The notes: a model not told the origin generated them from the sequence alone. A stretch of DNA of 40,620 nucleotides from an uncultured Chitinophagaceae bacterium (GCA_964555385.1 CAZKSP010000002.1:1-40620), one strand, 5' to 3'. Shown: positions 20,938 through 29,840, counted from the stretch's first letter. A program made the numbers and translations.

Positions 20938-21702
20938 GTGGCCCAGACCGATTCGCCGCCGCCAGCCTCTTCGTCAACTGCCCAGCCTCCGTCGCCCGCT
21001 GGTCCCGATTCCGCACTGCTGGCCGAATTGGCAGAGGCGAGTCAACGTCTGGAAACAGCCGAGCCCGAGGCCATCATCGGCTGGGCAGTGGAAAGGTTTG
21101 GCAACCGGCTGACCATGGCGACCGCCTTCGGGCCGGAGGGCTGTCTGATCCTGCACTGGTTGGCGGGAATTGCCCCAGAGACCTTTGTCTTCAACCTTGA
21201 GACCGGCTACCAGTTTCAAGAGACGCTTGAACTTCGGGATCGGATCAGAGACCGGTACGGTGTGACTGTGGTGTACGAACACCCTGAAGCAACTGTTGAG
21301 GCATATGAGCAGCAGCATGGAGGACCGCTCTACCGAACCGATCCAACCCGCTGCTGTGGCGATCGTAAAATTACAGTCATCCGTCGGGTCCTCTCCCGCT
21401 TCGACGCCTGGATGAGCGGTATCAGACGGGACCAGAGCCCCGACCGGGCAGCGGCACCAATTATTGGCTGGGACGGGAAGTTTGGCGTGGCGAAAATCTC
21501 ACCCCTTGCCAACTGGACCAAGGCAATGGTCTGGGACAAGATCATCCGTGAAGAGGTTCCCTACAATCCTCTCCACGATAAGGGCTACGTGAGCATCGGC
21601 TGCTGGCCCTGTACGCGGGCGATCGCAGCGGGTGAGGATGAGCGAGCCGGTCGCTGGAGCGGCACCGCCAAGACCGAATGTGGGTTGCACCTGCGGGAAT
21701 GA
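20938..21702 (+). CDS. cysH: Assimilatory adenylyl-sulfate / phosphoadenylyl-sulfate reductase (thioredoxin-dependent, Fe-S type)
   Basis: 254 aa with a GTG start. C-terminal catalytic motif ECGLH, plus the extra cysteine pairs RCCGDRK and GCWPCT typical of [4Fe-4S] APS reductases. Confidence 0.9.
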   Translation: MAQTDSPPPASSSTAQPPSPAGPDSALLAELAEASQRLETAEPEAIIGWAVERFGNRLTMATAFGPEGCLILHWLAGIAPETFVFNLETGYQFQETLELRDRIRDRYGVTVVYEHPEATVEAYEQQHGGPLYRTDPTRCCGDRKITVIRRVLSRFDAWMSGIRRDQSPDRAAAPIIGWDGKFGVAKISPLANWTKAMVWDKIIREEVPYNPLHDKGYVSIGCWPCTRAIAAGEDERAGRWSGTAKTECGLHLRE

Positions 21703-21709
21703 CAGGCCG

Positions 21710-22897
21710 GTGACGCTATCCGCTGCGGATTCCGCCGAGTTGGAGATCCTTGAGCAACTGCGTCAGACACCGGCGCTGCTCGAGGCGGTGGCCGCCTGCT
21801 CGGAGGCTGAACGAGGTAGCCAAAAGCGGCTGCGGATCGAATTTGATGGCACACTGGTTCGGGCGGCAGTGGCCCTTCACGAGGCCCGACAACGGGCCTC
21901 GAGCAGGCTTCCCGAGGCTGGCCAGCTCTGGCTTACCCGCATCGGTGTTGAACAGGCAACGGCCTGGCCCGTGGCTCGTCACAAGGCCGACCGCTTCGCT
22001 GGTTGCAGCCGAGTTGCAGATCTTTGCTGTGGCATTGGCAGCGATACAGCCGCTCTCTCACAGCGAGTTGAGGTGTTGGCTGTTGATCGATCGCCTGCGA
22101 TGGTGCGCCGGGCGGAGTGGAACACCGCCGTGCTTGGGCAGTTGCAGCACTTCTACGGAGAGGCTGCCGATGTGACCCAGCGTGACTGGACGGACTGGTT
22201 CGTCCACGCTGACCCTGACCGCCGGGTTGGCCGCAATCGGCCCACCCGACGGCTGGCTGACTACCAACCCGGATTGCCTTGGTTGCGGCAACTGCTGGCG
22301 ACCGCCCGCGGTGGTGGAATCAAGCTGGGACCGGCCAGTGACTGGCCTCAGCAGGTCGGAGCCTGCGAAGGCTGCGAGGTTGAACTGATGAGCCTCGGCG
22401 GGGAGTGCCGTGAGGCGACGCTTTGGTTTGGGGCACTGGCTGGGGCAGCTCCCCGGCGGGCGACCAACGTTGGAACCGGTGAAAGCCTGGCAGGAGATCC
22501 GGCGTTGGCTGGGCGGCGCGTGGCCGACAGGCTTGGTGGCTGGATTGCCGAGCCCGACCCCGCTGTTATCCGGGCAGGCCTCGTTGACCGCCTTGCAGAA
22601 GAGCAGGGGCTAGCTCGAACCGCTGCGGACGAAGACTATCTCACCGGGCCGCTGCCGCCGTCGACGAGTCTGGCAGCATCGTTCACGATTGACGAGGTGC
22701 TGCCAGCCTCAATAAAGCTGCTGCGGCAGGCGTTGCGGCAACAGCCACGGCGGTATTACGAGATCAAGTGCCGTCGGCTGAAGGTCGATGTCGAAGCCGT
22801 TCGGCGGCAGCTGCCCGTCGGAGACGGTCCGCCAGCTGTGATCCTCTTTTGCCGGATTGCCGGTCAAGGGCGTGCCGTTCTCGCCCAGCGGGTGTGA
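21710..22897 (+). CDS. Class I SAM-dependent methyltransferase, probably with a THUMP-like C-terminal domain
   Basis: SAM motif I VADLCCGIGSDT. The start is ambiguous. The track ORF begins at 21632 and overlaps cysH by 71 nt. The in-frame GTG at 21710 lies 7 nt after the cysH stop. Confidence 0.7.
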   Translation: MTLSAADSAELEILEQLRQTPALLEAVAACSEAERGSQKRLRIEFDGTLVRAAVALHEARQRASSRLPEAGQLWLTRIGVEQATAWPVARHKADRFAGCSRVADLCCGIGSDTAALSQRVEVLAVDRSPAMVRRAEWNTAVLGQLQHFYGEAADVTQRDWTDWFVHADPDRRVGRNRPTRRLADYQPGLPWLRQLLATARGGGIKLGPASDWPQQVGACEGCEVELMSLGGECREATLWFGALAGAAPRRATNVGTGESLAGDPALAGRRVADRLGGWIAEPDPAVIRAGLVDRLAEEQGLARTAADEDYLTGPLPPSTSLAASFTIDEVLPASIKLLRQALRQQPRRYYEIKCRRLKVDVEAVRRQLPVGDGPPAVILFCRIAGQGRAVLAQRV

Positions 22898-22901
22898 GAA
22901 G

Positions 22902-25340
22902 CTACCGTAGTAGCCTCCCGGTTGCCTCGACGCGGGTGGCCATTTCGGCGTAGGCCTGTGACTTGTCGGAGTCACCCTGTTCGGCGTACATGGTTGAAAG
23001 ATTGCCATAAGCGACCGAAAGAGCCCGCTCGTCGAGCTGCTTGCGGTCTACCGCCTCGACCATCAGGTCAACACCGGTTCGGCTCAGGTCGATGGCATCT
23101 TCCCGTCGTTCCACTTGCCAGTAGGAAATGGCCATGCTCACAAATGACTCGCCTACCCGGCCAATCTCATCATCAGTGATCACCTCTTCATTACGGTTCC
23201 AGAGCGGAATTGCCTTGTCGAACCAGGTAACAGCCGTGGCATGATCACTGTTTCGGAGGCTGTGCATGATGCCGATCTGGAACATGAGGTCGCCGATATC
23301 CTTCCGTTCGGTCGCCGTCAGTTCCCGGTGCTCAGCACCCCGCTCGAGGTAGGCGACCGTGAGGGTGGCGTTGTCGAGCATGTCTTCGGAGTCACCTCGT
23401 TTCCGAGCTGCTGCCAGTGCGTCTGCCAGTCCGCAGCCGACCTGCCAGTCGATCTGCCGCCGCCGCCAGGGGTCGGTCACCGAGTCATTCATTCGTTCCC
23501 GCAGTTCCAGCAATCGCTTCACCCACGGCACCGCTTCGACGGCATTGGCCGAACCGGCTGCCACAGCCAGGGCCCCACAAACGAGTTCCAGCTCAAGCCG
23601 ATCTCGGTCGGAATCATCGGCATCGAGATTGGCGACGATTCCGTTGGCCCGGCTGATCCATTTGGGAATCACCCGATTTTTCTGCTGCCAAGTTCCCCGG
23701 GCTATCGCTTGAGCAGTTCCGAGATGAGCATCGAGCAGCACCCGGCGGGCCACTGAACGGACATTGTCGGAACGACTGGCGGCGAGGGGTGTCGCCTTCC
23801 GAATAGCCTCGGTAAAGAGGTCGACCGCTTGTTCGAAGGCCGGCTCGTCCTTCGCCAGTTCGACGCGAGCCCGCAACCGCCCAGCCTGAGCGGCTAGCAG
23901 CGAGGAGACACTCGGGCGTTCGACGAGGCTATCGATTGCCGTATCGGCGTCCCCGGGCCGGCCAAGCGCCAGGAGTATCTCCGCCCGTTTGAGGCCCGTC
24001 CAGGCATCGCCGGGTCCAAGTTTTTCGGCTTTTTCAGCAAGCTTCAAGGCTGTCTGCCAACGCCCCTCGTCAACCATCAGGGCCAGGAGTAGCCGATGAG
24101 CCCGGAGATGGGTTGGATCAATTTCGATGGCGTACTGCAGGTCGGCAACGGCATAGGCAGCACTGGTGTTCATTTCGCCTTCGGCCCGCAGCACAAATGA
24201 GTCGGGATCGAGTGGCTCTAGGAGCACTGCCGTTGCTGATGTTGTCCCTGCCTCCAGGCTGAACATCACGCCCCGCTCCGGAAAGACCTGGCCTATGGCC
24301 GTTCCGGTATCGTCAAGAACCGCCACAGTGCGGAGGTCGGCGATCTCAAGCTGTTTAGCAAGATCAGTGGCTGGTACTGGCTGGGCCAGCTTGATCTGGA
24401 TAGCAGTGGCAATTCCGTCTTTGAAGGTAACGGCAACCCGGTCAAAGGGTTCAATTTCCCAGGCAAAGCACTCCGTGCCATCCTCGCGGGGAACAACCTG
24501 TCCGGCTCCCCAGTCGGCATCGATTTCTGCCCGGGTTGTCTTGCCAGGATAAGCGCCACGGAAACTTGCCGGGTCGATCGCGAGGGTCGGTGTTTCGTCG
24601 GGAGCCTCTGCCACTGGCGCAGTCAGCGGGGCGGTGTCAGTAGTGTCCAGCGCGGCGGCAGCTTGGAGGGCGGGGGCCGTAGGTTCGTCTGAACGGTCGA
24701 CGCTGGTTTCAATGGCCGCGGCCTCGGCTGTTGGGCTGGGCTGTCGCAGCAGGCTGCGTGCGGCTGCCAGAGGACGCTGCCAGGTCGCGCCCTCAGATGC
24801 TTCCGTCCGATTCAGCACGCTCGTCTCTGGGCCGAGAGCGGCAGAATTGCGAGGCGGCTCAACGGTGGTTGGCTCTGCCGGAACTGAAGACTGCTTTGCC
24901 TTTGGTTTTGGCAGCAGGTCGTTCCAAGCGGCTGCATAGATCTTGGGATCAAACAGCCGAGCAGCTCGCTCCGTGAATGACTCGCCGGCTTCTGTAGTGT
25001 CCGCTGAAGGTCGATTGGTCTGTTCAGTACGGGATTGCCCCGCTGTGGTATTTGGACTGCTCAGCCGGCTGCCAGCCCTCGAGTTCCCGGTGACTTTGCC
25101 GCCCACATTCGGCCGTGCCACAGGGACGATCGCTTCGGTCGGGAGGCTTTCCGAGGATTGATCCGGCTCGTCCAGCTTTGAGGCATTGGCCTCACCAATC
25201 GATTTGACCCAGTCCGGAACCTGCATCGGCATGGCTGGGCGGGGCTCTGCTGCTCGACTTGGGAAAGCGAGGCTCACGGCGATAAGTACGGCTGTAGCCC
25301 GGAGCAGATAGGCGGTGTGGCGGCGGTGCATCACGATCAC
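22902..25340 (-). CDS. Secreted TPR-repeat protein with a long low-complexity N-terminal region
   Basis: 812 aa. Signal-like N-terminus HRRHTAYLLRATAVLIAVSLAFPSRAAEP. About 300 aa are rich in Pro/Ala/Thr/Ser. The C-terminal half has TPR-like helical repeats. GTG start with GGAGG 8 nt upstream. Confidence 0.75.
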   Translation of the reverse strand: MIVMHRRHTAYLLRATAVLIAVSLAFPSRAAEPRPAMPMQVPDWVKSIGEANASKLDEPDQSSESLPTEAIVPVARPNVGGKVTGNSRAGSRLSSPNTTAGQSRTEQTNRPSADTTEAGESFTERAARLFDPKIYAAAWNDLLPKPKAKQSSVPAEPTTVEPPRNSAALGPETSVLNRTEASEGATWQRPLAAARSLLRQPSPTAEAAAIETSVDRSDEPTAPALQAAAALDTTDTAPLTAPVAEAPDETPTLAIDPASFRGAYPGKTTRAEIDADWGAGQVVPREDGTECFAWEIEPFDRVAVTFKDGIATAIQIKLAQPVPATDLAKQLEIADLRTVAVLDDTGTAIGQVFPERGVMFSLEAGTTSATAVLLEPLDPDSFVLRAEGEMNTSAAYAVADLQYAIEIDPTHLRAHRLLLALMVDEGRWQTALKLAEKAEKLGPGDAWTGLKRAEILLALGRPGDADTAIDSLVERPSVSSLLAAQAGRLRARVELAKDEPAFEQAVDLFTEAIRKATPLAASRSDNVRSVARRVLLDAHLGTAQAIARGTWQQKNRVIPKWISRANGIVANLDADDSDRDRLELELVCGALAVAAGSANAVEAVPWVKRLLELRERMNDSVTDPWRRRQIDWQVGCGLADALAAARKRGDSEDMLDNATLTVAYLERGAEHRELTATERKDIGDLMFQIGIMHSLRNSDHATAVTWFDKAIPLWNRNEEVITDDEIGRVGESFVSMAISYWQVERREDAIDLSRTGVDLMVEAVDRKQLDERALSVAYGNLSTMYAEQGDSDKSQAYAEMATRVEATGRLLR

Positions 25341-25495
25341 GATTCATACCTCCGAAGAAACGCGGACATTGGCCACCCGGCGAAGCCCGACGTGGGGGGG
25401 ACGGTAGGTATCAAGAAAAATGACGTCTAGACCAAAATACAGCGGGTATTCTGCGGTTAAGATTCGATTTCCCCACCCTCCCCTGTGTATGAGTC

Positions 25496-26953
25496 ATGGT
25501 GCAGAATTCTTCAGTTCCCCGGCACCTCGTGGTCGTAGGAGGTGGTCTGGCTGGTCTGGCGGCTGCAGAGCGGTTGGCCTCCGCATCGCCCCAATGCGGG
25601 AAATCAAGGGTCACGCTGCTTGAGGCAGGCTCCCGGCTGGGGGGGGTGATTGAAACCGTACGACAGGATGGCTGGCTGATCGAGCGATCGGCCGACAGCT
25701 TTCTGGCAGCCCGACCGGAGGGAATGGATCTGGTTCGCCGGCTCGGGCTGGAAGACGAACTTGTGGGCGTGATACCAGCCGTTCGGCGGGCGCTGATTTG
25801 GGCCAAGCCGCAGCGAGACGTAGCGGGACGGTTGGTGCCGGTGCCGGCCGGATTTCGTCTGCTGGCTCCTGGGAAACTCGTCGGTGTGCTCGCATCTCCA
25901 TTACTCTCCTGGCCAGCCCGGCTGCGGGTGGCCGCTGAACGATTTGTGCCGCCTCGACAACTGTCACCTGCCGGTGAACCAGATGAGAGCCTTGAGTCGT
26001 TCGCAGTCCGTCGTCTCGGCCGGGCAGCCTTTGACCAACTGGTTCAGCCTCTTGTTTCCGGCATCTGGACGGCCGATCCCGCCCGGCTGAGCATGGCCGC
26101 TGCCTGCCCAGAATTTCTGGCAATGGAACGCGAGGCGGGAAGTCTCAGTCGTGGTGAGCGGTTGCGACTGCGGGCTGCGGGTGGGGCGGCAGAAGCCCGG
26201 GGGGCACGTTACGGCCAGTTCGTCTCGTTTCGCAATGGCATGCAGACACTCATCGATGGGCTCGTTCGGCGGCTCACGGCCAGCGGTGTCGAAATGGTCT
26301 TCAAGGGTGTGGCGTCGGTAGCGCCCAACTCCTCTGGCTGGCTGCTGGAACTGACCGACGGCAGCACGATCAATGCCTCCGGCATTGTCCTGGCGGTGCC
26401 TCCACGGGCTGCCAGCCAGCTGCTTCTCCCGGTCGCACCGGCGCTTGCTGCCGACCTCGGTGGAATCGCAACGTCTGGAGCCGCCATTGTGTCGCTGGGA
26501 TTCGACCGTGAGCAGGTCGGTCATCCGCTGGATGCGGCCGGCGTGGTGGTGCCGCGGGTCAGCGGCCGTCGTCTACTTGCGGCGAGCTTTTCCAGCAGCA
26601 AGTTTCCCGGTCGTGCGCCGATTGGTTCTGTACTGATACGTGGATTTATCGGTGGGGCGCTCGATCCTCAGATTGCTGCGATTCCCGATGAGGAGGTCAT
26701 CAATCTTGTGTTGGAAGACCTACGCGAGATGCTCGGCATTCGTGGGCAGCCCGCGCTCGTGCAGATCGATCGCTGGCACGAGGCGATGCCCCAATACCAT
26801 GTTGGTCACTGCCAACGGGTGGCCCGGATCCAAGAAGCTGAGAAATCACTTCCGAGTTTCGGGCTCGCGGGCTCGGCCTACACCGGCGTCGGAATCCCAC
26901 AGGTGATTGGCTCAGGGCAGCAGGCAGCAGCCCTGGCGGAAAGGATCAGTTGA
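25496..26953 (+). CDS. hemY: Protoporphyrinogen / coproporphyrinogen oxidase, FAD-dependent (HemY type)
   Basis: 485 aa. Dinucleotide fold VVVGGGLAGLAAAERL. C-terminal GSAYTGVGIPQVIGSGQQAA. Confidence 0.85.
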   Translation: MVQNSSVPRHLVVVGGGLAGLAAAERLASASPQCGKSRVTLLEAGSRLGGVIETVRQDGWLIERSADSFLAARPEGMDLVRRLGLEDELVGVIPAVRRALIWAKPQRDVAGRLVPVPAGFRLLAPGKLVGVLASPLLSWPARLRVAAERFVPPRQLSPAGEPDESLESFAVRRLGRAAFDQLVQPLVSGIWTADPARLSMAAACPEFLAMEREAGSLSRGERLRLRAAGGAAEARGARYGQFVSFRNGMQTLIDGLVRRLTASGVEMVFKGVASVAPNSSGWLLELTDGSTINASGIVLAVPPRAASQLLLPVAPALAADLGGIATSGAAIVSLGFDREQVGHPLDAAGVVVPRVSGRRLLAASFSSSKFPGRAPIGSVLIRGFIGGALDPQIAAIPDEEVINLVLEDLREMLGIRGQPALVQIDRWHEAMPQYHVGHCQRVARIQEAEKSLPSFGLAGSAYTGVGIPQVIGSGQQAAALAERIS

Positions 26954-26983
26954 TCGCTTGAGGTAAATACCGGTGGAACGCCG

Positions 26984-27208
26984 TTACTTCTTTGCCTTTT
27001 TGCCATCTTCTGCCGTCTCATCAGCCTTGGTCTTCTTTTTCTTCTTCATCGAAATCTTGTAGACCCTGACCTTTGGCAAGCCAAGTGGACTCTGTCCATC
27101 TTCCCAACGCTCAAGTTCCTTGAGCTTGGTAATTCGCTCGGCACGGCTGAGAACACCACGACTGCCGCCACCACCTTTACGAATCCGGAGACTCTTGTTC
27201 ATCGTCAT
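26984..27208 (-). CDS. Small basic protein (planctomycete-type, TIGR04137-like from memory)
   Basis: 74 aa: MTMNKSLRIRKGGGGSRGVLSRAERITKLKELERWEDGQSPLGLPKVRVYKISMKKKKKTK... GAGGA sits 9 nt before the ATG. Confidence 0.65.
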   Translation of the reverse strand: MTMNKSLRIRKGGGGSRGVLSRAERITKLKELERWEDGQSPLGLPKVRVYKISMKKKKKTKADETAEDGKKAKK

Positions 27209-27325
27209 GGCAGTAATTCCTCAAACGTTGGCGGCGGGTGTTTTGAAATGTGTTCGGCCGCCGAAAAGCATCCGAACTGAGCCGTCTAGTGTAAAAGACC
27301 TCGGGCGGGCTGCAAGGGTGGCCTA

Positions 27326-28180
27326 TTACAGCCGGGAGACCCTCCCCAAGAAAACCTGCAGCGATTCGGGGCGTTCTTCAGGATCCGCCCGCAGGCAGTC
27401 CATGATGGCTCCGGCAAGAGCCTCGGGGACGTCGGCCCTCTCCCTGATGTCGGGCGGGGGCGTGTCGTGGGCCAGGGCTGCTCGGGCATTTCCGCCCGGC
27501 CAGGGTAAGAGTCCACAGCCGACTTCGTAGGCCGTCACGCCGAACGAAAAAATGTCCAGCCGGCGGTCGCTTTGGCGGCGGCGGATCACTTCCGGGGCCA
27601 TGTAGTTAGGCGTGCCGGTCCGGTTACCGGGCCGCAGGAAGGTGGGATTGTCGGGTACCGCTAAACCAAAATCAAAGAGAGTCACCCGGCCTTCGGGGCC
27701 GAGCATGAGGTTCCGCGGACAGACGTCGCGATGAACGTAGCCGGACTCATGGACCGCAGCCAGGCCGGAAGCCGCCTGCCGAATGATCGCAATCCGCTCA
27801 GCAAGGGTGAGCGGTTCGCCACGCTTGAGCCGAAAGTGCACCAGAGTGCCTTCGAGGAATTCCTGGACTAGATATTCGCCGCCTTCATTGGTGCGGCCGA
27901 ACTCACGGGTGACCACAACATTGCTGCCACGGATCTGGCTGCTGATTGCACCTTCACTCGGCTTGTTGAGACCTTTGAAGCGGGCCTCAATCGGGGCGAT
28001 CTTGGCCGCATTGGGAAGTTTGAGACCGACGATCTCGCCTGACTCTTGATCACGAACCTTGAAGAACTGGGACATCGTTCCAGCAATGCCTTCACCCAAC
28101 GGTTCGAATCGTTTCCATACGTTGATTTTGGGCTGGCTCCCACCACCAAACAGTGAGGCCACAAGAGAGCGAAAATTCAT
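27326..28180 (-). CDS. Hanks-type protein kinase, kinase domain only, with an atypical catalytic loop
   Basis: GEGIAG (GxGxxG), VGLKL, HRDVCPRN (27710-27733), DFG, GTPNYMAPE. ATG 28180 is preferred over the track TTG 28186. Confidence 0.85.
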   Translation of the reverse strand: MNFRSLVASLFGGGSQPKINVWKRFEPLGEGIAGTMSQFFKVRDQESGEIVGLKLPNAAKIAPIEARFKGLNKPSEGAISSQIRGSNVVVTREFGRTNEGGEYLVQEFLEGTLVHFRLKRGEPLTLAERIAIIRQAASGLAAVHESGYVHRDVCPRNLMLGPEGRVTLFDFGLAVPDNPTFLRPGNRTGTPNYMAPEVIRRRQSDRRLDIFSFGVTAYEVGCGLLPWPGGNARAALAHDTPPPDIRERADVPEALAGAIMDCLRADPEERPESLQVFLGRVSRL

Positions 28181-28237
28181 GGGCAATAAAAAGAGCCATG
28201 GGTAATGGCGGCTGTCTCGACCGGCGTTCTGGAGTGC

Positions 28238-28405
28238 TCAGTTCTTGAGCGCGGAAAGCTCCTCACGGGCAGCCTTTAGTTCCAGCTCAAGCCGGGGAAT
28301 CTCAGCTGGATCGTCTGGTTGCTTCTTGGCGGCAGCGAGCAGTTGCTGCAGCTTTGCAACTTTTTGTTGTAGGACCTCGATCCGTTTTTTTGTTTTTTTG
28401 TCCAT
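28238..28405 (-). CDS. 55-aa Lys-rich coiled-coil protein (hypothetical), below the ORF-track length cutoff
   Basis: Hand translation: MDKKTKKRIEVLQQKVAKLQQLLAAAKKQPDDPAEIPRLELELKAAREELSALKN. ATG to TGA with a heptad-like pattern, co-directional with the kinase and 57 nt upstream of it. The competing plus-strand ORF 28245-28457 is Ser/Cys-rich and unconvincing. Confidence 0.5.
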   Translation of the reverse strand: MDKKTKKRIEVLQQKVAKLQQLLAAAKKQPDDPAEIPRLELELKAAREELSALKN

Positions 28406-28497
28406 CGCGATCGTATTGGTCGTGCAGGTCCCTCAGCCGGGCCGAATGTTGTTTTGAGGAGGGGTGTTGGCTGGTTGTCTGGTTGACCAGTTGTCTG

Positions 28498-29121
28498 TTA
28501 GTCGGCCGCCGGCTTCTCGGCCGCTTCTGATTCACCAGTATCGCGGAAAGCAGAGCCCGCGTCAGAGTTTTCGTACCGATCGGGAGCAGGGGAATCATTC
28601 ATCGGGGTTTCTTGCAGTTGGACTCCCGCTTCACCAGTCGCAAGGTTCGGGCCAGTGTGAAGGTTTCGGAGCCAGCCCGAGAGTATCACTACCGCCACGG
28701 CTAACCCAAGGGTCACGGTGAGCCAGCGGGCCCGCTCCCGTCGGATCCATGCTGTGCCCGAGCCACGTCCAACGAGTCCGCTGGCGAAATAAAAGATCCC
28801 AAGGGCGAGAAGAAATTTGACACCGAAAATAGCGTGGTAGTTGGTCTGCCGCATCCACTGGCCATCCGCCCAGCCTTGGCTTTTGACTGCATTATTGAAA
28901 AGCAGAAAGTTCGTGAGCCCGCTGACCAATAACAGCGTGATGCCACCAATGACCCACGGTAGCCACCGTCGACGGACCGCTTCGTGAAGTTTTTCACGGG
29001 TTGCGTCGTCGACCTCGGCTACAGCGGGCAGGAAGGCAAAGCGGGCGAAGAACAGCCCGCCCACAGTAAGCACCGCGCCGAGAATGTGGGCCCAACGCAG
29101 CAACAACAGCACAGCTTCCAT
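28498..29121 (-). CDS. Integral membrane protein, about 4 TM helices (CopD-like topology; family uncertain) with an acidic C-terminal tail
   Basis: Starting from ATG 29121: MEAVLLLLRWAHILGAVLTVGGLFFARFAF... followed by three more hydrophobic segments. The track start 29217 adds 32 poorly supported residues. Confidence 0.65.
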   Translation of the reverse strand: MEAVLLLLRWAHILGAVLTVGGLFFARFAFLPAVAEVDDATREKLHEAVRRRWLPWVIGGITLLLVSGLTNFLLFNNAVKSQGWADGQWMRQTNYHAIFGVKFLLALGIFYFASGLVGRGSGTAWIRRERARWLTVTLGLAVAVVILSGWLRNLHTGPNLATGEAGVQLQETPMNDSPAPDRYENSDAGSAFRDTGESEAAEKPAAD

Positions 29122-29324
29122 CTGATCAGGTTCTCCGAAAAAAAAGGCAATTCGTTTTTCGAACGCACACAGTATGGTAGCGATATTGATGCGCCGCCGT
29201 CCATGCAGCGGCGGCAAAAATATTCTCTTTCAGACAATGCCTGGGCCTTTTCAGACGTCAGACTGCTGCGGGGGATTCCCGGCTGTAGAAGGCTCATCGA
29301 CAGGCTGTGGGTGAGGACGGTGCA

Positions 29325-29840
29325 ATGGGATCTTTTCATGAAGAGCATGATTGGGGCTTGCTAGAGACGGCTCTTGGCGGAGAACTTTCTCACGAGGGTT
29401 GGATGCAACTTGCCCTTGAAGAGGCCCGCGTGGCAGCCACGGAGGACGAAGTGCCGGTCGGGGCGGTCATCGTTTCAGGAGGCCGGGTGATTGCCAGTGG
29501 CCACAATCAACGGGAACAACTGGCTGATCCAACCGCCCATGCCGAGATGATTGCGTTGACCCAAGCGGCGGCCAGTCTCGGTTCCTGGCGGCTGGAAAAC
29601 TGTGTGCTTTACGTTACGCTCGAGCCTTGTCCGATGTGCGCTGGCGCCATTCTGCAGGCGCGGGTTCCTTGCGTCGTCTGGGGAGCTGCCGACCCAAAGG
29701 CAGGGGCGGTGGAGTCGCTCTACCGGCTCTTCGAAGATGGCCGGCTCAACCATCGGGTTGAGCATGTCGGCCATGTGCTCGAGGCGGAATGTGGCGGACT
29801 GCTATCAGACTTCTTTCGCGACAAACGCCGCTACCGCTGA
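29325..29840 (+). CDS. tadA: tRNA-specific adenosine(34) deaminase
   Basis: Motifs HAEMIAL and [25 protein letters not shown] aligns by eye with the TadA N-terminus. ATG 29325 with GAGGA 8 nt upstream; the alternative GTG 29307 is the track start. Confidence 0.9.
   Translation: MGSFHEEHDWGLLETALGGELSHEGWMQLALEEARVAATEDEVPVGAVIVSGGRVIASGHNQREQLADPTAHAEMIALTQAAASLGSWRLENCVLYVTLEPCPMCAGAILQARVPCVVWGAADPKAGAVESLYRLFEDGRLNHRVEHVGHVLEAECGGLLSDFFRDKRRYR

Noticed and set aside
21632-21709. 71-nt overlap of the methyltransferase ORF with cysH, read as a possible programmed overlap or frameshift
   Set aside because: An in-frame GTG at 21710 just after the cysH stop explains the gene without overlap. 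The overlapping N-terminal extension (MRMSEPVAGAAPPRPNVGCTCGNDRP) has no recognisable domain content.
28245-28457. 70-aa plus-strand ORF (MSAESSSRAAFSSSSSRGISAGSS...)
   Set aside because: The composition is Ser/Cys/Phe-rich and low complexity. The opposite strand encodes a clean heptad-patterned 55-aa ORF co-directional with its neighbours.
29185-29215. GC hairpin GCCGCCG...CGGCGGC in the divergent region between the membrane-protein gene and tadA, as a possible terminator
   Set aside because: It is followed by A5 on the plus strand and lacks a downstream T-run on either strand. No gene ends there, so it is at most an operator or 5'-UTR structure.
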